From NCBI GenBank assembly GCA_002633005.1, contig NMRA01000308.1:124001-188000 (forward strand): a stretch of DNA of 64,000 nucleotides, written 5' to 3'. This DNA is from Phoronis australis. Taxonomy: Eukaryota; Animalia; Phoronida. Below the pieces are notes generated by a model. The model saw nothing but the letters and a program-made list of their open reading frames with translations, searched no databases and had not been told where the DNA came from. This document shows, in pieces, positions 39,201-51,200 of the stretch (its first letter is position 1; the number at the start of each line of letters is the position of its first letter). The position numbers were made by a program, and so were the translations under genes.

Positions 39201-42200
39201 CATACCGACAGTGGCCGTTTCGTAACTCTTGTCTTTAAAATAACAAGTATGCAGATGGTCTGGTACCTTTTGCAGCATACAAGATGTGCGCAGGCCACAG
39301 GGTCGGGTCCAGTACACAAAAAGATGTGCGCAGGCCACAGGGTAGGGCCCAGTATACATACAAGATGTGCGCAGGCCACAGGGTCGGGCCCAGTACACAT
39401 ACAAGAGTGTGCGCAGGCCACAGGGTCGGGCCCAGTACACATACAAGATGTGCTCAGGCCACAGGGTTGGGCTCAGTACACATAAAAAATGTGCGCAGGC
39501 CAAAGGGTCAGGCCCAGTACACATACAAGATGTGCACAAGCCACAGGGTCGGGCCCAGTACACACAAAAGATGTGCAAAAGCCACAGGGTGGGGCCCAGT
39601 ACACACACAAGATGTGCACAAGCCACAGGGTTGGGCCCAGTACACATACAAGATGTGCGCAGGCCACAGGGTCTGGCTCAGTACACACACAGACTCATTT
39701 GATAACTTCTATTAGTTATCAGGGTTTTTTGTAGAAGTTTTAAAATCTAGTCTTTCAAGAATTTGGTCTGATTCTTCTTTATTTTCAGGTCTTAAGTGTG
39801 ATTGCTAGTGAGATGTCAACACCATTCAACAACAATAATGAAATTGTAATGAAATGTACATCTTAGTTTCAGAGGTATCCATAAGGTACAACAGCATTGT
39901 CAGTCAGGACAAAAATAAGTCTATATACATGGCACCAAAAAGCCTAATATCCATAACATAAGAGTCATTAATTGTTGATTGAAATAAAGCTCGTGATGGC
40001 ATCACAAGTGTTGCTTGATTGTAAGTTTTGACTATAAATATTTAATGAATAACCAAGGAATGGCCCTTTGGCCAGTACAAACAAGTCCACAGATAGGTGT
40101 CTGAACATAACTTTTCACATGCACTGATGCAACTGATTATAAAGCAGAAATCACGCAGAACAGCATAGGTCCATTCATAACATTTCATTTAATTCTATTT
40201 GCTAGTATACACATGCATATTTTTTGTATTAAAAGGTTGCAATGTTATTAATAACATATTTTCAAAATTTAAACATCTTTCAGGGGTTGAAGCTAAGCCA
40301 TCACTTCCCTGTTGAAGTTCAAATACAAATGAAGGACGACAAAAAGACAACAGAAGCCAAAGCAAAAACAAGCAGTGGGGATCACTTAAGACACCAAGAA
40401 AAAGATCAGAGTCAGCCAGTAAGAGAGAAGGAAAAAACCGCAGACGTGAAGATGAGCGACAAAGATTATTTCATTGGAAAGGAGTCTGACAGAGCTCAAG
40501 AAGGAGTGATAAAGGGAGAAACATTCATGAAACAGTTTGATGACAAGTTTCTTAAAGAACAGGAGGAGATACGAAAAGAAATGGAAAGCGGTGGAGGAAA
40601 CAGTTGTGGTGCAAGCGATGAGTCGTCTGCTTCCAAGGAGAGATCAGTGGAGGCTGAGTTCGTGGAGGAGGTGTCAGCAGAAGAGGCTGAAAAACTGGCA
40701 AAGGAGTGGAGTAATATGCATCCTGACCTCAATGAAGAGGAGAGTGCTCAACAGGAACAGGAAGTAGCAAAAGGAGTTGACGATCAGGAAGCGTCAGATA
40801 AAAAAGCAGATGCACCAGCAAAAGAAGAACTTTGATAACAAGTATTTGTAGGGAAATGTAAAAGAAAAGTAATGAAGAGATGACGAAACAAACGATATTT
40901 GATGGAGGCCTCATCATATTGATATTTCTATATTTAGTTGCAGGAGCTAGGGTAATGGTCGTTCATTACTGATTGTATTGAATATAATGGATCAAGTATT
41001 TGTTAAAGATAATATTTATGGCAGAAAATATTGGAGTGGATTGCCAAAATCATGGTGGAAATATAAATAAATTTATCAATTAGCAAGATGTTGAAATAAT
41101 TTAATCGGACTTTGAAAATCTTCGCAAGATTTTTAAACAGTTATACATCTCAGTAACTAAGCCTATTATGGGATGCTTCAACTGTATCATATATTCATTC
41201 AAAGCTACGTTCAACGAGTTCAAAAAATTTAAAAGAACAGAAAGTAAGAGTGTAAAAACCAAAATTGTCACTAGAAGCAAAACTACATCCACTGGGAAAG
41301 AAAATAAATAACTTGCATCACAAATATCAGTCTATAAAATAAATAACTTGCATCATAAATATCAGTGTATAAAATTTCATGAAAATCAGTCAGTGGCTTT
41401 TCTCAACGATTTTGAACTAATACCAAAATTGCAACATTGTACAGTTATGAATGTCCACATTTTTGTCTAAACTGAAACAATTTTTGAGTCAAAATTAAAA
41501 TACATGATGATGATCTTCCTTTATTATACAAAAAAACGTCGAAATTGTGGCGCGCAATTTACCGAACAAGCACATACTTTCCACGTCCAGAGAGTGGGAA
41601 ATTTGTTAGCTTTGAAACTTAAAAAAAACGTGCTTAACCAACTAAGAAACAAAAAACTTTTTAGTTCAAAAATTCAGTGTATCTATAAGGTTTGTGCATC
41701 ATTTTTGGATGTTTCATTGGTGCAAAACGATAAGGTCAGGTGATAAATAGTCTCAATTTGAATCAATAGTGAACTAAGCTACGTACAGTCATGACCAGTT
41801 AACATCACCTTCACCGGCCTTCTGCAGTCAGGTAAAAGAACTGAACGTGCTGTTTTTGAATACGTTATTTTGGTGGCATGCTCCTTTCAAAGTGACAAAG
41901 TATTTACTTGGAGAAACTAAGCTTTCAAGAACAAATGAAAAAACAAAATGTCGCTTCTCCGGCATGTGAGATTTCAAGAGCAGAAAGTATGATGACCTGT
42001 ATGATGTGCAAGACACATGATGGGATTGTGCAAGACACATGATGGGATTGTGCAAGACACATGATGGGATTGTGCAAGACACATGATGGGATTGTGCAAG
42101 ACACATGATGGGATAGACTGTCAAAAACACATGTGGCTACCCAGAAGACACTAATATAACATTACCTAATAAAATGTCGATGTGCGTCAGGTGAAGGCTG

Positions 42201-45200
42201 ACGAGTGAAATTTTTTTCCAAGAGTAGTGATTTAAATCACATAACAACTGGCACCTTTTTACGTGTGATCATTAGGTGAGCTTTCACCAACTATTACATA
42301 CCTCTTGCTCAGCCTGTTCTTCTTGCTCAAGTAAATCTAATTGTCTTTGATACTCCATTGCTGCTTCTGGGGTCATTACCATTTGAGCTTCCTCATTCAC
42401 TCCACAGGTGTCTCTGATGGCAGCTAAAGTTCTACCAAAGTCACATCTGGAAATAAGGTAGATTTTAGGCAGACATGAGCAATAATACGACTGCAAAATT
42501 TGTCATAAGATATGGAACATGTTAGACAAAAAGATATGTACATAATTGGGTAAACAGAGGCTGAAGTCTTACCTCAAGTGATTTTGTGTAATTTCATAAC
42601 TGCCCACTTACCCATTCACTTGGAAAATAGCTTCAACAGCAGCATGGTCAATACCAGGGAAAGTCTCATACAGCTTCTGACGCTTCATACGAATAGCCAG
42701 AGAATCAGGAGAGCTTGCAAACTCAGTTTGCTGTAATGGTAATAACTTCTGTTAGATGCTATTGGTTTTTATACATTTGGCACTTCACCTAAACTGTCTT
42801 CATGTTGAAAACAGGCAATGTTGACCATCCATAACGGCATTCCATAATCTTCCAAATGTAGAGCATAACTACACGAATGAAAAAATTGAATAACAAAGGG
42901 TCAGACAACCGTGGTCTTAATACTTTTTGGAGATGTGCGCGAACCAATGTTGTTTACATGGTTTAAATTGTGCGAGTAATTATCAGAGAAGAAGGGAGCC
43001 AGACCAGGTTTTTTCAAAATACTTGGCGTTAATCCACAAAGCCAAAAAACCTGTAAAAGAATGACCTTCGCATCACATTAGTAACGTTCCCATGTATTTC
43101 AGAATCCCAGAAATTTTGTAGGAATATTCTTACATGGATTACTTCCACAAAATATTGTGTCCCCAAGAAATTGAGAATCTCAACAAGTTCTGTAGCCCCT
43201 AATGGCAGGCCTTGAGAAGTCAGTTACTTGTACAAATAAGTGACACAGTACATGCCACAATACAGTCATTGGTCCAAGTCAGTTACTTGGACAAATAAGT
43301 GATACAGTACATGCCACAATACAGTCACTGGTCCAGAGCAGCATGGCTTCGAATCTTAATTGAATAAAAAAAATGTTCATACGTGAATAATTTTTCCCAA
43401 AATTAATTCTGTGAAATATGGTGGAACTCAGAATCCCAGCAAATTTGTGTGCATGCAAAATAATTTTCCAAGTGAAAATTTACCTGAAAAAATACTGTCT
43501 GGTATCATCTCAACTGCAATGTTCACATGGGATGGGCAATAATCATTCAAGATATCCTAAATAACTACACGGTACAAGGTTGTTGGAACAGGCTGGTGGA
43601 GCACATTGCTCCGAAGATATAATCTGTGGCCTCAAGCCAGAGGTTTGATATACTACGTCAATTTGAAAAACAGTCACAGTGCCAATTATTGAAGTATGCA
43701 TTTGGATCAGCTCAAGAACATGAAAATTTGCATCTTTTAATGCTTGGTCCAAGCAATAAGCATCTTTTAACACTTGGTCTGAGCAAAATTCATCTTTTTG
43801 TCATTGAACAAATAAATTTTGTGATTTTTCCCACATCAGTGAAACAAGAGCGCCACCTATGAGTAATTTTAATTGGCTTCAGTCTGAATGTGCATTCAAT
43901 TCACAACAGTCTGAATACTATGAGTATTGCGAAATTTTCAAGATCATCCTGAAACTAAATTACAGATCCATTACATGGAGTGGACTTGGAGACAGTGTAT
44001 TTTTTCACCAAAATAAAAACCGACAATCTTTTTCTTTTCATCAAGTTTGTTTTAGTTTTTACTAATAACAGCAGATGATGACACTACGCCTTAATGAGAT
44101 TACACTACGCCTTAATGAGATTACACTACGCCTTAATGAGATGACACTACGCCTTAATGAGATTACACTATGCCTTAATGAGATTACACTATGCCTTAAT
44201 GAGATTACACTATGCCTTAATGAGATTACACTATGCCTTAATGAGATTACACTATACCTTAATGAGATGACACTACGCCTTAATGAGATTACACTACGCC
44301 TTAATGAGATGACACTATGCCTTAATGAGATTACACTGTCTTAATGAGATTACACTATGCCTTAATGAGATTACACTACGCCTTAATGAGATTACACTAC
44401 GCCTTAATGAGATGACACTACGCCTTAATGAGATTACACTATGTCTTAATGAGATTACACTATGCCTTAATGAGATTACACTACGCCTTAATGAGATGAC
44501 ACTACGCTTTAATGAGATGACACTATGCCTTAGTGAGATTACACTTCATTCATTGAAATAATCAACCTTCCACATCTCCAGTTCTTTCTCTTCAGCCATG
44601 ATCTGTCTCAGATTACTGACAGGTGCGTCAGATTGAACACTGGTTAGATGGACACCTCGCTGGACGATCCTCTGCTTATGTTCCTCGGCTTGCAAAATTC
44701 TGGCCAATTCTTCATCTGAAAATGAACAATACAACCGAATTCTCAGTTTTTGACACCACTTGAAGAGAAGAGGGCATTGACACTAATTGTGTAATAGTAA
44801 TATAATGTAAAAGGAAGTTGTCTTTTTGTATGACAGATTTCAGGTTTTGTACTCAGTAGTCTGAGTAAACTCTCATGTCTATAATAGTGTAGATAGGCTT
44901 ATAATTGGAGGGGGCCAACACCATAGCATACAGTAGTTTTCAAAATAAACTGGAACAACTTCAACTGCTTAGTCGAAATTTTGGCAAAAATAAAATTATA
45001 GCATTTTTGCTGAAATTTGATCAGAGTTCAACGTGGTGTTGTTGTGCCTAGCTAATAACTGTTTATTTATGGACAAACTTTCAGTTAGATGCCACAATTT
45101 CAACAGAGCATGAAGCATCATCTGTCGAGACCATACTGTGATTTAGCCTGAATTGAAATGGATGCCCAAAAAGAATTATGTTTACGATTTCTAAATACAA

Positions 45201-48200
45201 ACCTTTGGCAAGTTGGTCTTTATCAGGTGGTTTGGTAGACAACAGCGCCACCTTCCAGGCTTGGTGAATGGTGTAGGCCAGGCTTACAGATAGTGGAATG
45301 GTGACATCATCAGCTGCAGGAATAAGAATGTCTGTATGTTGAGCAAGTTGCATGCATACTTAATTATGCTTCTAGAAGTAAAGAGATTCATTTTGCTATC
45401 TTTGGGCTATATGATGAGAATTTCTTTAATTTATCAGTGGTTGTTAAAAATAGAAAGTGAGGTCAGACACATTGATCAGATTAAAATAAAGTATGATAAT
45501 GTTGAAGACTGTCTTGTGGAAGGCTATTTTAAAGAAAAAAGTAAACTGAACAATGTTCAATAATTTCTAAACAGTGTTTTGATCTTTCCCTGCATATTGT
45601 TTAAAGCCCGGGTTATAAAAGATAGGTCACAACACTTTAGTCAGGGGAATCTCCTTGAGGCTGCCATTGAAGAAGCTACAGAAAAGCCATAATGTGACCA
45701 CTACTACTATTGACTCTTCTAAACTAAAAGCAAAAATTCATAGTCAATGCAGCTCCTGTAATACAAACTACAAGACAGAGTTTAAATTCTTCCACACAAT
45801 GATGTGTCAATCAAAACACCACATGTGACAATCTTACCTGAACTGCCAATAGGACCAAACAGTGCTTGCAGGTGACTTGCTAACTCTGAGTCAATCTTCA
45901 ACTCTAAACTATTACCACTAGAAAAGCTTCGAGATATTTTTGGCTTTATCAAGTTTCTTTTATTCACACCACCAAGTAATTGATCCTCAGATGTGCTGTT
46001 GTTTAAACTGGAATTTCCACCGGAGTCACAGATGGGACTGAGGCGGTTCCTTAACACCGCATTGACATCGAGAGAATCATCAGACAGATCTTCTGTAGCT
46101 GTTCCACTCTTTTGTAAACTATCAAGACACAGGGAAGACAAACTCTTCGCTTGCACCAAGTTTTCAACATCTTTGTCGGCACCATCATTGCCAGTAGCAA
46201 CAGTTTCATCACCATCATTAACATCGGTATCACTACAAAGCAAGACTGCATCACATGAGGTAACATTATATTCAATGCCTGAATCAAGTAGATTATTTAT
46301 AGCAAGTTGTGTATCACCCAGACATTTCTCTAAAATGTCTGACAGATCATCCCTAGAAACCTCTGGAAAACAGCTTTGGAGGAACTCAATGTCATCACGT
46401 TGATTTTGCTCTTCCAGATCCAAAGTAGAGCACCCTTTTTCAAGCTTTAACTTGTTCGGTAGCACAGCTGAGCTTTCCCTTGAAAGGTCAAGGCGAGCTT
46501 CTGAGGGAGGCAAAGTGTGACAGGCGAAAATATCACGGGGCCAGCAACTAAGAACCTGAACGTTTTCCTGAGAAATGTCAACACCTTGGAAAATTTTGTT
46601 AGCTAGTATGACATCATTTGGTGAAGTCTGTGTAAAAGCAGTTGTGAAATGTGTAGAGGGCAATATAACTGCACTGGACTTTGTTGAATTTGGTTCACAG
46701 GAATCTGAGGACTTGGTAAAATCAGGCAAACTCCAGTCCTTATTGATCAAAACCTCCTTAACTCCTGGGTCCAACTTAGGTACAGTGAATTTTGCTGCCA
46801 TTCTTTTAGAAGATTGTTTATTTTGTTTGCTTTTCTTAACTTTCGCACTTTGAGAAGGCATAATGTTTGTTGACAAATCCTCTACTAAAGACCTAGATGC
46901 ACCATCCTGACTAAAACTAAGTAAGGCCTGTGGGCAAGCCAAAGAAACGTCGCTAGTTGTAACAATACCTTCTCTTTTCTCCTGGGAAACATCATCAACA
47001 CTGAAAACACGAACAGCACTCGTGTCCCCTAAAGATGCATAAATGGACTGTTCCGAAACACACAGCACCTTCTTGTCATTATAACTTAACTTGGATAAAA
47101 CAATGTCCTGGAGACAAGGAACTTGAAATATCCTTCCCCCACACGGAGATGACACAGTATCACCACATGCTTTGATATCACCAACAACTGCACGAGAATT
47201 TTCCGCTGAAGATTCACTGGCTGTGTTTTTATTACCATTCTTTTTGTTTCTTCTAGGTTTTGGGTCTTCCCAACTGATGTCACTTGTTGAATTTTGCCTA
47301 CTGACTGTAGCGCCACCTGTAGGGACGTCATATACAGAATACTCATGGTCACTTTTCCAATAATTGTCTTCTGCAACACAATGAGATTTGCAATAGGCAT
47401 CAAGGTCTTCGTCCAAGCTGCATATTTGTTCAGGAGTATGGCTATCATTGTCACTAACGCTAGCACCACTTTGCAGATTCATGCACGTTTCAGAAGACAC
47501 TGGCAAATCTTTCTCAGAACTACTTTTATGATTTTCAGAAACACCAAGTCCTTGACATTCTGCGCGAGATATGGCACCTAAAGAATCATGAGGTACGGCT
47601 GAATTTGTTCCTTTTACCACGTCGGAGTTTGAATGCCGCATTTTATCATCTCCAGTGTACTTATATTTTTCAGTTCTTTTCTCTTGCTCAAGACTATTAT
47701 TATTAGACCGAGGGACATGAGAACTAGTTCTACTGTCACTGGCTGACGTCTGAAGTAATATCTTATTATTCTGGTTAACATTTTCATTTATAGATCCCTT
47801 GGGGCATAACTTCTGGTCAGAGGTGTTGGTGGACAGAATCTTGTCCACAGTCAAATTGTGCTCAAATCTCTCCAGCATGTTCTTAATGGATTCAATGGGA
47901 ACTCCATGCGTATTTCGCCTAAAATAAAAAAAAAACGTTTACAACAGGTGGCAGTCACTGAATCGAGAGAAATCAGAACAAAACTCCAAACTCATTGACT
48001 TCCATTTCAAATAATTTTTCTGAGGGAAACATTTTCACTGAAGTCGAATTGTGGTATTAAACAGGGCTTGGAATGACCAATGACAAAATACGCGGAAAAT
48101 TTTACGGCCCAAATCATGCCCGATAACCAGCCTTTGAAATGGTCAATGTGAACCTAAAAAAAAAAAAAGTTGCATGCGTCTGCGTCCTTTTCGCTCGCCC

Positions 48201-51200
48201 GTCCACTCCCAACGCACACAAATTTCGCTGCAGAGCGGTAGTATTTGTCGCCGCGCTTAACAATAACACGAGCCGCCATTGAAAATCAGACCACGCTTTA
48301 CCCAGATGCCGGCAATGTTGACAATTGACGTTCCTCTGAAACATAAAGACTTCCGCTTTCCAAGGTGAACGTCGTCTGCAACGCCGCGGTAAGAAAGGAA
48401 TTTGCCACGGAAATTTCATATAAAATCCGATTTTTTTACGCGGAAATATTATAAAAAAAGCGGAAAGCACATTTCAAAAAAGCGGAAATCCGTGTTTCCG
48501 CGGAAAAATCCAAGCCCTGATTAAAGATGTCACCTTTCTTCACAGGTGTATTTGGTGTTCCAAAGCATCACTCTTGTGTTCCTGCATGTCTTTCGTTGAA
48601 TATGAAATTGGTGACAATAAATCACTTAGAATCCCCCTGGTGGCCACAACAACCAAACACTTGATGGGTTGCCACTGAACTAATAATGACTTGCCAGTTG
48701 TCAAGCCCAGAAATAATTTCCTGTCTAAATAAGGGGAAAAATGAGGGCACTTTTGTAACAGTAACTGGTCTCAATCAAAAGTTGATTTATGTTAAAAGGC
48801 ATGGGTCTATTGCCCCTTTAAACCTTTCGCTGATACAGGGGCAGCTCTTTTTAGGAAAGAGACTCAAACGCTTGCCTCCTTGAAATAACCTGCGAAAAAA
48901 GGAAAACTTTTCGTAGGTGTATCCATAATTCACACAAATGAAGGAGAAAATTTGGTTAAGTCAACTTTAAAGCACAAAACACAGTAAATTACAGGAAACA
49001 GCAGAAAATATACCAAAAGACAAAACATTCCAACCTCATGACTACTGCTACCTGCATTTAACTTGACTGACAAATAACAATCAGTTTTGATGAAAATACA
49101 GAGTTGCACTATGAATAATTTTCAGTTCATTTCGATCCAATTTAGGGACAGAAACCTTGTGATGAGAGTGTAATCCACAGATCAACCCTACGATCATTAC
49201 ACAGACAACATTAAAACACACAGAGACCATTCCTGACCTTCAAACATTGATTTGTTCAGTCAAGGATAAAATGATAAAAGTGCAAAAATCATGATCGCCT
49301 TCAGCAATGAATGGTCACATGAGACTAACAAATACAAGATAGGATTTCAGTGTTACATGTGTCCACAAAAGGACAATTTCTCAGCAGATTAAATCCAGAT
49401 CACAAGGTATTACTCCCTCTACTGAGAACAGAATGAAACAAAGACTTTCAATAACGTGTCTAGTCACAGATTTTCATTAAAGTATGGACAAATGAGTATA
49501 TTTGATGACATTCTATCCACACTTTAGCTGACAGAAGAACCAAAATTGTGTTACACCTCCCCCCAGGTCAAATGAGTATAATAGATGACAATCAGTCCAT
49601 ACCAAAGCTGACAGAAGAACCAAAATTGTGTTGGCCTCTCCCTCCAGGTCAAGTGAAAATACTAGATGGCAATCTGTCCACACCAAAGCCGACAGAAGAA
49701 CTGAAATTGTGTTGGCTCCACCCCCCAAACGTTAAAACGGATTGGGTCGATCTAATGAGGACTCAATGTGGACAGTGGGACGATCTAATGAGGACTCAAT
49801 GTGGACAGTGGGTAGAATATGGAGCTCAGGTGAAGTCGACGGAACTTTATGAATATTTATATCTAAGAAGGATATATACAACTGATGAGATAAATGTCAG
49901 TTACTAAGTTGGAAGGTCACCTTGCCAACTCTCTGGCTTTGTATCTCCAAGGTGTCGGCGGCTCTAACATCAAACATTTATAGTTGTACTTGTTACCCTG
50001 AAAGATTTGAACAACCACTTAACTGGAAAGCATGCACACAATCCCGTATCAGTGTAGCTTTTTCAAAGCAATTTCTGAATCTATAAAATGGGTGCAAAGC
50101 AAGTAGAGTTTTTTAGCCATTTAAGAGCAAATTAATGGAACGCAGATTAATGGCTGTTTCAACATCATTAGTGTTCAAGGTTATATTACCTTTATTACGA
50201 ATTAGCAAATCTTAAAGTTACAAGGAGCACTTTTTAGATTATGACTTGAAATGAGCAAAATTTTTTATTTAATTGTACAATCCTCACAAAAAATCAAGTC
50301 GTAAAATAAGGCAAGCTAACAATTTCTCTATGGTTATACTGTGGTCTTAATGGACCCTATTTTTGATTACACAAAATGCTTCGTTTTTTTATCTTACTTT
50401 GGAGTTGGCTATTTTAGGCCTATTGATGAAGCGCAGGGTAGAACTTCAAAACATAAAGCACACAGATGACAAACCACAGCCAAAATAATATAGTTTACAG
50501 GCCCTTGCGTCGATGTTTTGGGGAGTGGTGATTTGTACGAACGGTTAACTTCAGTCCTGGATCAAAGTTAACAGCACCAGTTAACTTCGCAGTAAACAGG
50601 TGCGTTTAATAGCGCAGCATCGATGCTACGGTGCAGTATGAACCGTCAACTTTGGTCTCATCGAAGTTATCGCCAGGTGCCACTGTTATTGTCAACAGTT
50701 ACAACGTTGAAATGCGTCCACGAATACACCGCAAACAAGGTGCTTCTTCGGGTGTTTATTTGTATCATAAAAAAGGAAATTAGATTTTGCAAAAACGTCC
50801 AATCCATACGAAAACTGGAACATGCCACCACAATCATTCCTAGAGCCGTTTGGTTGATAGCGGGGTGGACCCCAAAAAACAGGCTCGAAAACAGTACAAA
50901 TCTTCACTAGGTGGCGTAAACTACGCCGAATCCATCCGAAAATGGGAGGATATCGTCATCTCATTAATAGATGCCTATAGGCCATATTTTATGAAAATAC
51001 GTTGAGGACCTTTGAAGATACAGAGGCAAGCGTAAAAAGCTAAAATTGCCACTAGGGGGCACACCAGAAGTCGGATCCGTCCGAAAGTTAGCTCATGACA
51101 TCCCATCCATGAAAGGAGCATATGTACAAAACTTCATGAATATATGTCAAAGGGTTTTGGAGATAGAGCAGTGAACACCGGGCGGATGCCAGACGGACAG

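Noticed and set aside
39180-39734. Many overlapping Cys-rich ORFs
   Set aside because: Translation of a minisatellite in DNase intron 6.
44075-44561. LRR- or coiled-coil-looking ORFs (TLRLNEI)n
   Set aside because: 21-bp tandem repeat with a frameshift, inside an N4BP2 intron.
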